Shown piece after piece: positions 42,020 through 56,804 of a stretch of 64,000 nucleotides of DNA. Made by a program: the position numbers and the translations under genes. Each line of letters opens with the position of its first letter. Within the stretch, counting starts at the first letter, position 1. The notes beneath the pieces are model-generated. The model had not been told where the DNA came from. It saw only the letters and a list, made by a program, of their open reading frames with translations, and made no database searches. Source of the DNA: Octopus vulgaris (taxonomy: Eukaryota); the NCBI GenBank assembly GCA_951406725.2, contig OX597822.1, positions 65,844,001-65,908,000 of the forward strand, given 5' to 3'.

Positions 42020-42624
42020 CATATATATATATACATATATATATAGATATACATACATACATATATACATACATACATACATACATACATACATACATAC
42101 ATACATACATACATACATACATACATGCATGCATATATACAATATATATATATATGTTGTGTGCGCGTTAATGTATGAATGTGTATATATGTACATAAAA
42201 AGAGAGAAAGAGGGGGAGAGAGAGAAAGAGACAAGCACACACACACGGACAGAAACTGCCATGTCCCGCTTTATATTTGCCTCGGGTCACTTGATTATAC
42301 ACTTAATGGTATTGTAAAGTGTGACAACTAATTTGTGAATATTGTCTGTAATATTACTCTTGTAATAAAGTAGATGCTCTGATGTATATCTGATGCACTG
42401 ATGTCTTTTCAAAACGTCATCGACTTTTACAGAGTTACATTAATGTTCCTTTATGTCCAGTCACTCTTTTGCACTTGAGGTTCAGAGAATAAAACGCATA
42501 TCAAATTGTAATAAGAGAAATGCTCGACTCCCGTATCTGCTACATCAGCGAGTCTGCAAAACAAAACGAAAACACAAAAAATCTGTGAGATACAACAATA
42601 TATATATATATACTCTATTGCTAA

Positions 42625-42757
42625 TTTACTCCTTTACTTGTTTTAGTCATTTTGACTGGCCATGCAGGAGCACCGCCTTTTACTTGAAGAAATCGCCCCC
42701 GGGCATATTCTTTGTAAGCCTGGTACTTATCCTATCGGTCTCTTTGCCGAATCGCTA
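42625..42757 (-). mobile_element. SINE family A 3' fragment
   Basis: Tail and body homology to family A. Confidence 0.75.
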
Positions 42758-42780
42758 TATATATATATATATATATAAGT

Positions 42781-42816
42781 CTTTTACGTTTCGAGCCTAC
42801 GCTCTTCTACAGAAAG
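42781..42816 (-). ncRNA. minimal hammerhead-like variant
   Basis: cttt-CTGTAGAA-gagc-gtag-gctc-GAAACGTA-aaag. Confidence 0.55.
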
Positions 42817-42924
42817 GGACACAGAAAAACAAGGAGAGAAACAAGGAGAGAAAAAAAATGTGTGTAGTGGCTAACGATCTATCATAGGATCTCAAGGCTA
42901 GTTTTCTGGACTCTGCAGTGTATC

Positions 42925-43075
42925 CCCACTCACTCACGTTTGCCGCTGAGTGGACTGGGCCTATGTGACATTAAATAATTTGGTCAAGAACACAGTACAG
43001 CGTTCCATGGAAGAATTGAAACTATAGTCTTGTGATCATGAGTGCAACAGCCTAACCACTAAGCTACGAGGCTTC
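42925..43075 (-). mobile_element. SINE family C, diverged (another likely copy at about 18700-19020)
   Basis: Reverse complement reads gtagcttagtggttaggctgttgcactcatgatc..gtgttcttgaccaa. Confidence 0.6.
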
Positions 43076-43126
43076 TCTCACATATTCATATATACCTATA
43101 TGTATATATGTATATATATTATGCAT

Positions 43127-43157
<31 letters not shown>

Positions 43158-43425
43158 CTTACACACATATATATGTATATAAATATAGAAATACAAACAT
43201 ATATATACAGTCTCAGATACGCCCATCAATAATATATACATCAATCGTCTGTACTTTATCTGAAAATTAACACCATACGTAACAGCAATCGCTAATACAC
43301 CCACCGGAACAATCTTCGACGCACAAATCTAGGCACACATAATCCCCTGTACAATTGCACATACCAAACACAACCATATGTTGTACAAACACAGGCGCCG
43401 AAACCCTCGAACAAACACGCTCACA

Positions 43426-43485
<60 letters not shown>

Positions 43486-44696
43486 TACACACTTAAATAC
43501 ATGCCTATGTATTCAGATACGCGCTCCTACATTGAGACTGGCGCATATTCGCGAATTTATACTTACATCCGAATTCACGAACATGCAACCGTGCATGCAC
43601 AAGCGTTTCTTTCATCAAGAAGTAATGTCTTTATATATAAACCTGATTGAATTCTTTTGTGAAGTCAGCTTACTGCCAACAGATTGCAACCATATCTATC
43701 GTCTACATTTCAAAGACCTGCCCATCATCCTGCCAAACCTGGTGCTGATATTTATAGCTATATCGACTATTGTTTACTTCTTGTTCGAGTTGTTGATGTC
43801 TTGATCGTTTTAATATTTTTTTGACTTCTCCTTGCTTTCTTATCGTTTCCATAAATCTTCCCGGCTTATTCGAAGTCTAAAGTTCCATTATAAGTTGATT
43901 TTACTGCAGACAAGGTTCATTATATTTACTTTGCTGCGTCTACAACTGTTCTTGTTGCTATTGTTGTTGTTTTTGTTGTTGTTGTTGTTGTTGGATTTCT
44001 CAGGAGTTAATGTTGCTATTATTTCTTTCTTACACGGCACAAACATTTTCTCTGAGTTTTGTGAGACTTATTTAGAGAATCTACCATGAATTCACCAATA
44101 AAGAATATAGATAAGCATCGCCTTTTACATGTGTGTGCATTTGTTTGTGTGTATGTGTTTATTTGTATGTTTGTATGTGTGCATGTGTGCATGTGTGTAT
44201 GTATTTATGTGTGCATGGGTTGTTTTATTTTACTTTTTCACGTAGTTTTACTTTTTTTCTTATTCTATTCTGTTGTCATTCCCTTGTTTGGGTGACAATA
44301 TACACAAAGAAAGGAAAGTTCCATATTGCTATATGCCAAACATATTTCATTGTATGTATGTACATATAGATACACACACACACACACATCATACACATAT
44401 ATGTATAGTTATATCGATACATAAATGCATACCTACATATTTATATATACACACACACACATACACACATACACTACACACATATATATATGTATGTATA
44501 TGTAAATATGCACATGTATTTGTTTTTACGTATTGTAATGTTAAAGATCTACTTAGGAAAGGCCTACGATGAATAAAATAATATAAAGTGATACTTTATT
44601 GCTATAATGTGCTTTGGTAGGCTCAGATTGTGCATACATACTGGGTACACACACACACACACATATATATGTATATGCGCACATACACACATATAA

Positions 44697-46018
<1,322 letters not shown>

Positions 46019-46535
46019 GAAGGTTTGAAAATGCAATTTTAAAGGATGTTTATTTACTTTACCGGTTTCACTTTTTAGAAAAAGATTTGTTAAAAGTAAT
46101 ATGTAAAAGTTTGGTTGTGTTAATTATTGGTTGTCACAAAATACTACAATACATATAAACATTCTTTGGTAGCAAGAACATTTTAAGAACATAGAAAAAA
46201 TTAACAACTTCATTAAAACATTGGGCACAAAAGATTACAACATATATATACATTCTCAAGAAAACCTTAAAGATAGTTTCCAGAGGGATTTATAAAAAAG
46301 TTCAGTGGAATATTGGTATTGTATCTGTATATACATACACACAGAGAATGTTATAAGTTCAAAAAAGTTTACATTATAGTAGTAGGGTAGCTTAAACTGA
46401 CCTGGTCCACCATGTTATCGTAAAAGACTATTTTCTATTTCAAGGCACACTGTAGGTGTTTGGGTGGGGTGGGGAAAGGAAGAGTAATGTGGAACTGAAA
46501 AGAATTTCTTTTTGTCTCTTCTTCAAGCATCAATG

Positions 46536-46591
<56 letters not shown>

Positions 46592-47802
46592 GTGCTTGCT
46601 TGATCACAATCATAAAGTTTTCGCTAACCTGTTGCTAATCGAACGTGATGAATTGTGCGAATCTGTATACCATGATGACTTTTGTTCTTTTTATTGGCAT
46701 ATTTTGAGATTATCGCCCCTATATCTGATGACTTACTAGCAACCGTTAGTAAGATTTTGTTTTCTTTTACTTGCTCAAATCGAAATTGTTAATATTTAAG
46801 TATATAATGAAGTCATTCACTACTTCATAAGTCATTATATTACATTCAAGTTTCATTACCGAAATTAATTCATTGAACGCTTGACTTCCTTGACATTTTT
46901 TAAAATTCTATCTTTAATAGTTAACGTTGGTCAAAAATATATTTTATTATGTTAGCTTGATCCAGTAAAGTGAAACATTTGTATTTTGCTCTTGCCCTCA
47001 GCACCAATTCGACTTCATATTCCGTAGCATATAAATTTAAGCAAAAACTTTAATTAGGTACGCACTCTGTATATGCACAGTGTAGGAACTTTTTAAAAGA
47101 TAGTGTATTAGAAAGCTTTGTTGCTCAGTAAGAAACCTATTTTGTCTTTCCAATTGACAGCGTGGATCGTAAGATGTATCTCGTGTCTTCTTCGTTTTTG
47201 CGACTGATTTTTTCCTTTGCGAAGAATGATGATTCACTGTGATCGAAATTATTTTCTTAATTAGTTTTCAGAGAAGGTATTACAAAAAAAATAAAAGGGA
47301 GAGATTTTATCAGTTTTCATAATGTGATACGTTGAGATAAAAATCATACTAATTGCTCTTTAAAATCGATGTAAAATGTTTCGAAATTTGATTAGTCTTT
47401 AGCCATGATTATTCCAGTGGGAAAAAGGAGGATTAATTAAGGCAGCCAGTCGATAAAAAAAAAAACCCAACTCATTTTAGCGTCATGCGTAGAGAAATCT
47501 TGTTTATGATGTGCAGAAAATGAATCATTTATGTCTAGGATGTTACAAAACCACTTGTACTTTCGATAATTTGATGACAAAGTTAGTTTTGTTTTAGCGT
47601 CAGTATATCACCAATAGTCATTTTCTTCTAAGAACGATGGCTTATGTAACGGGAAAAGGTTGCAAGCTCAACTGGTCTTTTATGTTCAATGTTTCTACTT
47701 GTTTTGTTGAGCTTTTAGTACTCTGAGGTAGAGGTAATTAACCACTCATCAGAGATGAAAGTAAAATAACAATCTATAACTGTAGTGGTTTCTTCATTTA
47801 CT

Positions 47803-48215
47803 GGCTGTGTGGTAAGTAGCTTGCTTACGATCCACATGGTTCCGGGTTCAGTCCCACTACGTGGCACCTTGGGCAAGTGTCTTCTACTATAGCCTCGGAC
47901 CGACCAAAGTCTTGTCAGTGGATTTGGTAGACGGAAAGTGAAAGAAGCCCGTCGTATATATGTATATATATGTGTGTGTGCGTGTGTGCGTATGTGTGTA
48001 TATGTTTGTGTTTGTGTTTGTCCCCCCAACATCACTTGACAACCGATGGTGGTGTGTTTACGTCTCCGTAACTTAGCGGTTCGGCAAAATGGACCGATAG
48101 AGTAAGTACTAGGCTTCCAAAGAATAAGTCCTGGAGTCGATTTGCTCGACTAAAGGCGGTGCTCCAGGATGGTTACAGTCAAATGACTGAAACAAGTAAA
48201 AGAGTAAAAGAGAGT
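47803..48215 (+). mobile_element. SINE family A
   Basis: Homologous to the other family A copies. Confidence 0.9.
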
Positions 48216-48499
48216 AGAGTATGGATAATACACTTCGCTTTGAAACAGAGGTATTGACTTGGACACAGCTGGGTCTCCACTTAACATGAGCATATGCCGT
48301 TAAGTGCAAATTTAATATTTCGTAAACGATACTGGAATGTGTGGTATGTTGTCAGACTATTGATAATCAAATGACTTTTCAACTCTTTACTAATCTCATC
48401 TGCTACCACATTGTGAAATATTGCTTTTGTTACGGTTTTATCCCGCAAGGCGTTGGAAACCGTTGTAGCTAAAGTGGCTATAAAGAAGTAAAAGATGTG

Positions 48500-49100
48500 A
48501 CAACAAATTCAAAAGGATTCGGTTAAGAAAGCTTAAAGGACAGAAACTTAAAGACGAGACAAAAACAAGACGATGGTAGTGAGTTCAGAGTCCGAGAACA
48601 GCATTTAGAGCAAACAAAACATAAGAATAAAGGCCTTATGATAAACAGTAATCTCTTTGGAAGAGGAGCGATTGACACAGTAAAAAACAACTTGACAGAG
48701 AGTACAAGAACAGAAAATTCATCTGAGCAGTTATCAAGTAAGTACTTAAAGAAAAGTCACAACGGAAATGCATTTCTAGAATGAGACAAAGACTCCAGTA
48801 TAAGATAATGAAGAGGATTTACCGTCTTAATAATGTGATTCTAAATTCGATCATGTAAATTAAAACATTCAGAGGAAATAGCAGCCCCACAATGACGGCA
48901 ATACTGAACGCAAGGACAAATGGTGGCCTTACAGGGAGATAAAGTACGTCCAGGTGTATGGAATTTGCCAGCACAGAAGAGAGATTCTTCGCAGACATGG
49001 AAATAGACAGAAGCTATCAGATCCAAAAGTGATCCTGGGTCAAAGCCAAATTAAGGAGTCGCATAGTTTAGCTTTCTGCAAGGAAGTTAAATCGTTTCCC
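48500..49100 (-). mobile_element. degenerate LINE ORF2 C-terminal relic
   Basis: CKATICPCVQYCRHCGAA..NLHDRI resembles the LYKxxIRPxxEYC..W..LDRIQ motif of non-LTR RT C-termini. Confidence 0.55.
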
Positions 49101-49195
49101 AGTATTCGAAATACCTATAGAAACACCTCATAGGATCTGTGGACTTTTTTGTTTTCTAGTTAATTTTAAAGAATTAAATCCAGCATGCTTTTATG

Positions 49196-49517
49196 TGAAG
49201 GCACGTGGCTCAGTGGGAAATACGTCGGGCTCACAGTCATGAATTAGTGAGTTCGATTCCCGCGCCAAGTTGTGTTGTGCTCTTGAGCAAGACACTTTAT
49301 TTCATGTTGCTCCAGTTCACTCAGCTATAGAAACGAATTGCAATACTGTATCAGTGTTTGCCTTACCCTTGGATAACATCAGTGGTGCGATGAGAGGAGG
49401 CTGGTACTCATGGGAGACTGCTGGTATTCCATAAACAACCTTGCTCGGACTTGTGCCTCGAAGGGAAACATTCTAGGTGCAATCCCCTGGTCATTCGTCA
49501 CCGAAGGAGATCTTTTA
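49196..49517 (+). mobile_element. tRNA-derived SINE family C (MetaSINE-like central domain)
   Basis: tggctcagtgg A box, gagttcgattccc B box, central ttgtgctcttgagcaagacacttta. Confidence 0.75.
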
Positions 49518-50011
49518 ATTGCAAAGGAAGAGCAAAGTTTAATTTCGGAATTCAATAAGAAGTCTGTTGAGAACATTGACAGATTTTAAGAATTTGACAA
49601 CATTCAATATGGTCGTAAATTCTTGCGGAAATACACTTTTCAAATATGTCATTTGTATCTTGAGCGTACATTTCAAAATCGGTTACGAAAATATGGAAAT
49701 TGCATAAACGTAGAATCTATTCTTTTCAAGCACAAGAAGAATTTAAGTAAATTTCTAGACGTACTGTATGGAGCAGTTTCTCTAAATTGAAAATATTCTT
49801 TGAAATGAATTAAGATGAAGAATAGGTATTCAAAATTATTATTTCATTCCAAACCTGAAATATAATAGAAGTGAAAGAAAAACAGTAATATAACTAGAAA
49901 TTTGTGTGAGAAAAACGAAATGCATAGCAGAAGATGGCATATAGCAATTATAAACACTAAATATACATACATACATACATACATATATGTCTATATGTAT
50001 GTATGTATGTA

Positions 50012-50069
<58 letters not shown>

Positions 50070-50078
50070 GAGAGAGAC

Positions 50079-50144
<66 letters not shown>

Positions 50145-50680
50145 TTAGATAGATATACATACATACATACATATATATTATCAGCGTGAATGTATGTATT
50201 TTGTCATTATTTCGTTCGGTTTCTTCAATATTCTGATGGTAAAAAAAATCCAGAAATCTCTTGGAAGACAATTACGAAATAAAACACTCACGTATACACG
50301 CTCACGTGCAAACACACGTGATGTATTTAGCGCGTACACAAAATACGTCATAACTATAAATTGGCACCCATGGGAGTGCGCGCGTATGTGTATATGTGCA
50401 TGTGTAAAAATGGATAGACATGTCTATGTGAACGTACGCTTTGCTAGGTTTTTCTATGTAGGTGTGTATGTATATATGTATGTATTAGCTATCTATCTAT
50501 ATACGTGTCTGTGTGTATGTGTGTATGTGTATGTGCCCGTGCATATATACGTGTCTCTATGATTGTGTGTACGTTATATGTGCATGTACATTTGGCATGC
50601 GGTTTATATTTTCTACTTTTGATATAGAGATGACGCAGTGTTCCTATATTGTTAATAAATATTTCTATTGTTTATATATT

Positions 50681-50752
<72 letters not shown>

Positions 50753-51509
50753 TATATTTGAGTAGTTGAATGAATTATCTTATTAAGGATAATTCGAAAG
50801 ATAACCGATACCTGGGTAGCAAATTCACATCAGAAAGAACACGGTTGAAGTTACGTCCCTAGTGCATAGACTACGTGCTGTATGTTTATTTTAAAAGGTC
50901 CTACATGTGTTTACATTGGAAACGACACACCTTTCACTCATATGAATAGTGACTAATATAGATAACCCCTCGATTTCCCAAAAAGTTTTGTTATATTTCA
51001 CTCCAATAGTCAAAAGATTTTCTTATAATTCCAAGAACTACTACCCATTCCAGCGTTGCCTCTCACCTCGCCCGACTCTTCCCCCCTTTCTCTCTCTACT
51101 TCCCTTTCTCTACAGTAAACACAATCGAACACACATACGCAGACCTCTCACCTCACAGCTGTCAGTTTTCTGACATCTACCCATCTACAAACACAACCAC
51201 GCATTCACACACACACATACACACATTATGACAGTTATATACAGTCACACACACACAGGCACTCATTCATAAAAGAAATCAATTAAACCCACCATTCTTT
51301 TGACCTGCACTCTCTCACCTTACTATTCTTATGCCTCCCTCCTCTTACTTCGTTTGAACCCTTGACCTTTAGATCCCTCTGGATTCTTCTACATTCAGTC
51401 ACTCTGACGTCACTCCTTATAAACAGACACTCATTATCGCCATGGGCTCCTTGAGAGCAGTCAGCTAAAAGTCTTTTGTGCATTTTGATGTCGCCATAAG
51501 TTCCTTGCC

Positions 51510-51590
51510 TTTCCTGATGAGAAATCTGCATAACGTACTCCTTATTCCTTCGGAATTAGGAATATGCAGCCTTTGAAACATATGTCGAAA
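51510..51590 (+). ncRNA. type-I hammerhead ribozyme, near-canonical core
   Basis: tttc-CTGATGA-(ctgcata..tatgcag stem II)-GAA-ACATATGT-C-gaaa; GUC cleavage triplet at 51584-51586. Confidence 0.75.
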
Positions 51591-51847
51591 ATAAAGGAAA
51601 TTTGTTAACAAGTCGTTCAACTCCATTCTTTCATAAACTTATATTTTTAAAATATATATTCATATATATATATTTCTTTCATTTTTCATTTTATCTAGTT
51701 TCAGCTCACGAGCTGTGGCCGTGCTGGGGCACCGCATGTGTATATATGTCCATAAATATATGTAAGTATATATATATAAATATTATGTATATGCATTTCT
51801 TTATGTATGTTTGTGTTTATATATATAAATATAGGTAGGTAGGTAGG

Positions 51848-51878
<31 letters not shown>

Positions 51879-54284
51879 ACAGATACATATGTACATACAT
51901 GCACACACACAGACACACACACACAGACACACACACACATATATTTATATATATATATATATAAATACATATATATATACACAACAGTGTGTTTGTATGT
52001 AACACCTTACCTTATATGTATTTAAGTCAACTGAATGCAGTTGGTCTCCACAATGTTATTGTCGACAGATATTTGAAAGAAAAAAACGAAAGAAAAACGT
52101 CTTAACATATATTATTATTAATACTAATTTTTTTTCCTGTATGCCAAAATTATAATCACAGAATAACAAAACAGCATGGTATTTATTCTGTTCAATTCTG
52201 ATGTACATTTGCATATATGTGCTTGTCTGATGGAATAATTCATTGTTTCAATGTATCTGCATTGGAATGCATATTTCATTCGTGAGTTACGAAATAACCG
52301 TACAATAATTTGTGATATCTATGAATCTTGTTCTGTATTTGCTGTAGTTTATTCTTACTCAGACTTAATATAGCCAACTTCTAATTAAACTTGTTAATTT
52401 TTAGTTTATGCTATATTATTTACTGCACCTTTATATGGTGTAATTCGCTGAGATTTAAACAAAATTTCTTACTTCTCCCGAAATACAATCAGCAAGGTAA
52501 GAGACGTCAATGAGTCTCCATTTTGTCGGCGTTGTTATTAATCTCACCTCAATGTGATCAATCTGATCTGTTACCAAATACGTCCCTGGAGTAGCTAACT
52601 CGTGTTTAACTGGTAGATTCTATGATGTCCAACAAAACGATTAATAAATTTGGATAGAATATGAACAAGCATGTTCTTAAACGTAACATCCTGAGTGAAA
52701 TGTGTTTGCAATGTGACTGGTAGTTTTAGATTTTAAACATATTTAGTATTCCTTATTTTATTTACTAACTAGGGTTAATCGAGGCTTTACAACTTTTATT
52801 AAATATGTAGATACGTTGCATTTGTATTTCGTATGCATAACAGAGCTAGGCGTATTTCTCTCTACTATATAATTGATGTAATTTGAAAAATTCATAAATG
52901 TATACGCATGTTTATGAGAGCGTGGGTTTCTATGTCTTTGCAATGTGTTTGGTCGAGTGTGTTGAAGTGATAATAGTAATGTGTGTTTGTAAACAAGCAG
53001 TGCATGCGAATAATTTTGTGACGTCTCATTATTCATGATAATGTCGTTAATTCCTTAATTCCAAATGAAATATTACCAACTCGTTTCATATGAAAGTTCC
53101 AGCAATCAAGGTGACAACCTCGGGATGGATTTAGTAGTCACAAATACATATACTAGAATCGTTAGGTTAGTTCATATCGACTAGGCGGTCGCTTATGAAC
53201 TCATCTATCATATTTGATAGCACTAATGAAACTGCTGGTGTACTTTTGTTGATAATTGCTGTTGTTGGTTTTGTAGTTCTTCACAAAGATGAGTTCTTTG
53301 TGTAATTGAGTTATACGAAAGCGTTTGTCAAATTTAATGTGTAAGTTTATTCATGAAGCCATCATATTAGATATGGCGTAATTTAAAATCAAAATTTCGG
53401 ACATGCGCTCACAACTGCCTATAGATAATTATAGAAACACTGAAACAGAATTCTCTATTAAATACATCACGAACGCACTATAGTGAAGTTACCCTCATGA
53501 TTACTTTTAGATTACATAGTTTACTTCAATTATTGCTGCTGTGGCAGTAGTTACACTTGTCGGAGTGGAATTCTGGGTCTGTCCTGATTAGCAGTTATAT
53601 GACATCTCGTTATAGGTTTATACAACAAACTCGACCCACGGATGCGTCTTCCCGGTTTTACTATGTCCTCACCTAGCTGAAAACCATACTGCAGACAGAT
53701 AGATAGCTCACTCAACTGCATTTAGTATTGCTTCAACATAAACTTAATCCGAAACAACATTGTATAAGTGGATAGCAAGGAATGAAATCGAAAAATATGT
53801 ATAATTTACAAATAGTCTCGTGGTTCAGTATACTGGTCTTGTAATATGGAAATATGCAAATAAATAATGTGAAGCGCTAGCTTTTTCTAGTGTTTGAGGG
53901 TGTTCGCAAGAGGGTGAAGAATCTGTGTGATGTTAGTTTTCTTGGATTAATTGGAAGGTTTACGTTATGATTTTTCCCAAGCTCCAAATTCTAGAAATTT
54001 GGCAAATATTGGTATAAATATTTGTAGATGTTTGTGAGGAACTTGATTATTTCAAACCCTAGTTGATTTCAGTGTACATTGATTTGATTTTATACAGCCA
54101 TGAGCGTCTTAGGTTTTTATATGTTTTTTTTAGTACCATATGGGTATCTGATGTAAGAAATGTATCTAAACCGCCAGAATGGTGAAATGACCAGTTTTTT
54201 AAAATTTTATTTTTGAGTTCCTGTTTTCTCTGTGTCAAGTTTTGTATTTGATTTTCGACAAATATCTGAGAAATACTAAAAGTG

Positions 54285-54352
<68 letters not shown>

Positions 54353-54577
54353 TATATAATATTAGGGAATATGATTCCAAACTTACAAGGAAAAATTTAG
54401 TAATGCTAAATAAAATTTCACCATATATAATACATATATATATAAATTAGAGAAGAATCATCATGATTAGAGAAGAACCATAATTAGTAAATAGACAAAT
54501 TATATACTATTTATTATTTAGTACTTTATTAAGTTACAGGTAAATGTTTTATCGTATCTTTAATATTTTTCTATATA

Positions 54578-54696
54578 GCTTAAGGCCATATCACGTTGAA
54601 AACACCGGTTCTCGTCCGATCACCGAAGTTAAGCAACATCGAGCCTAGTTAGTACTTAGATGGGTGACCGCTTGGGAACCCTAGGTGCTGTAAACA
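54578..54696 (+). pseudogene. full-length 5S rRNA-derived sequence (retrocopy / SINE3 head)
   Basis: gcttaaggccatatcacgttgaaaacaccggttctcgtccgatcaccgaagttaagcaac..ttagtacttagatgggtgaccgcttgggaa..ggtgctgtaaac matches metazoan 5S. Single copy, two helix I mismatches, no T4 terminator. Confidence 0.92.
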
Positions 54697-54702
54697 TTCC
54701 TT

Positions 54703-54780
54703 TAAAGGCGGTGCTCCAGCACGGCCACAGTCAAATGACTGAAACAAGTAAAAGAGTAAAAGAGTAAAAGAGAAAGAGAG
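54703..54780 (+). mobile_element. SINE family A 3' tail fused to 5S
   Basis: taaaggcggtgctccagcacggccacagtcaaatgactgaaacaa(gtaaaaga)n, as at 59331-59392. Confidence 0.92.
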
Positions 54781-55589
54781 TATGATTTAATTCATTGTTG
54801 AATTGCTTCATGATGGTTCTTCTCAAATTTATATATATATATTACGCTGTAATGATAAGGGGCATGGTCATACACCTGCTATTGATGGCGATGCAGTTAA
54901 TTAGTCTAAAGCATTTTGCTATTAACCATTTGATTTATGTTGTCTCCAAATAATTTTCAGTTTCCAATTTTTTGAAGAATTTGTTATTGTTATTTCCTTA
55001 TTTAGAGGTTTGGTGCTGTGTGCATTTCAGTTGCTTGCATATTTTTGTATATTGGTTTAGAAAATGTTTTAGTGTCTATAGAAAGACATTTTTATGGGTG
55101 TATGCAATTGGACTGAGTTGTTTTATGTTTCTTGTTAGGATATTAATCTTAGATTCATCCACGAATATTTTACTTAATATATAGAAGCGTTCATGCTGTG
55201 GTGTGGTTAAATTTTAAAAGCATTGATCTATGATTTTGTTTGTTAATGGCAATACTTCTTTTGCGATTTGCTGAAGAGTATAAAAGTGAATTTGCTACCG
55301 TCATTGGTGTGCGAAAGTCATACCATGTTAATTGGTAGGCCGACAGAAGAAAGATGGGGATTCGTTTTCTCAAAACACATCGGAGCAATTAACAAACATT
55401 TGTGTGGAGAACAAAATACTACCTAGAAAAATGTTGTAGTTGGCTGATGAGTAATGTGTATGTGTTGTGGAGTTGTTTAGAATATAAAGAAGTTCTGTTT
55501 CGAGGATTTCACATCAATACTTGTTATCTCTGCTATTTGAAAGTCAGGAAGTTTTATGCAAATTCGGTTATATAGGAATATCGATTTCA

Positions 55590-56198
55590 AATATTTGCCA
55601 CAAATCCAGCAATTTCAAGTCTGTTAAATAGAACTTGATGCTCAACTGGTACTTAATTTATCGACTTCGAAAGGGTTGAAAGGTAAAGTGGACCGCGGTA
55701 TTATTCGAACACAGAATGTAAAAACAGGCGAAGTGTCGCTAAGCGTTTTACCCGACGTGCTAACGATTCTGCCAAGTGCTACCTTAAAATATAAATTAAT
55801 ATCCTTTTCTACTCTAGGCACAAAGCCCGAAATTTTGAGGGAGGAGGCCAGTCGATTAGATCACGCCAGTACGCATCTGGTACTTAATTTCTCGACTCCT
55901 AAAGGATGAAAGGCAAAGTCGACCTCGGAGGAATTTGATCTCAGAACATAAAGACAGTCGAAATACCTATTTCTTTACTACCCACAAAGGGCTAAACACA
56001 TAGAGGACAAACAAGGACAGACAAACGGATTAAGTCGATTACATCGACCCCAGTGCGTAACTAGTACTTAATTTATCGACCCCGAAAGGAGGAAAGGCAA
56101 AGTCGACCTCGGCGGAATTTGAACTCAGAACGTAACGGCAGACGAAATACGGCTACGCATTTCATCCGGCTTGCTAAGGCTTTTGCCAGCTCACCGCC
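55590..56198 (-). mobile_element. dimeric SINE family B (55800-56198) plus an older adjacent copy
   Basis: The B-box plus gaggtcgactttgcctttc block occurs twice in tandem; a third degenerate block lies at 55640-55785. Confidence 0.85.
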
Positions 56199-56759
56199 TT
56201 TATATAGAGTAATATCAATTAAGAAAAGGTAATAGAACACAGGTTACATAATACCTTTCATTAGCTTACATTAGAATTTTTTGAAAGGTCCCTATAGCAG
56301 AAACAGCTGTTAGATAATGAAAATGATTATGTAATTTCTGTTAGTTTATTCTCTTCCATTATACCTGTACGTGTAATGCCTGTAAACCAATCATGAGCAT
56401 ATTAGAGGATATCACACGCACCACGCATTCTGAAAACACTCCCAACTTTGAAACTACTCTCTTGTCAAGTACGACGCTATTAACTTCGCAGAAACTTTCT
56501 CATCATTTATCCGGCATTATTCATCGCAGAGGGCTATGCAGTTGGCTCACATACTGAAAAGAAGCAAAACAAAGCAAAATTGATTTTTGATGAAACACCC
56601 ATACACACACACAAGCATGCACATACACACACAACACAGTACATACATACGGGACACAAGCACAGATACTTATCCGTGTATGGGTAGGGCTATATGTAAA
56701 CTATCAAAAATGAAAAGAAAAAGAGAACCAGATGCATGCATACACATATACATACATAA

Positions 56760-56804
<45 letters not shown>

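Larger units (their letters stand above)
53500..55560 (-). mobile_element. very degenerate PLE-type RT relic, interrupted by (TA)n and the 5S chimera
   Basis: A weak KSMYTEI..GFEIIKFL fragment near 54030-54085 resembles RT motif A; boundaries uncertain. Confidence 0.3.

Noticed and set aside
54578-54696. Functional 5S rRNA gene
   Set aside because: Solitary, with helix I mismatches, no Pol III terminator, and fused to a SINE tail.
56300-56316. GAAACAGCTGTT hammerhead 3' half
   Set aside because: No upstream CUGANGA found.
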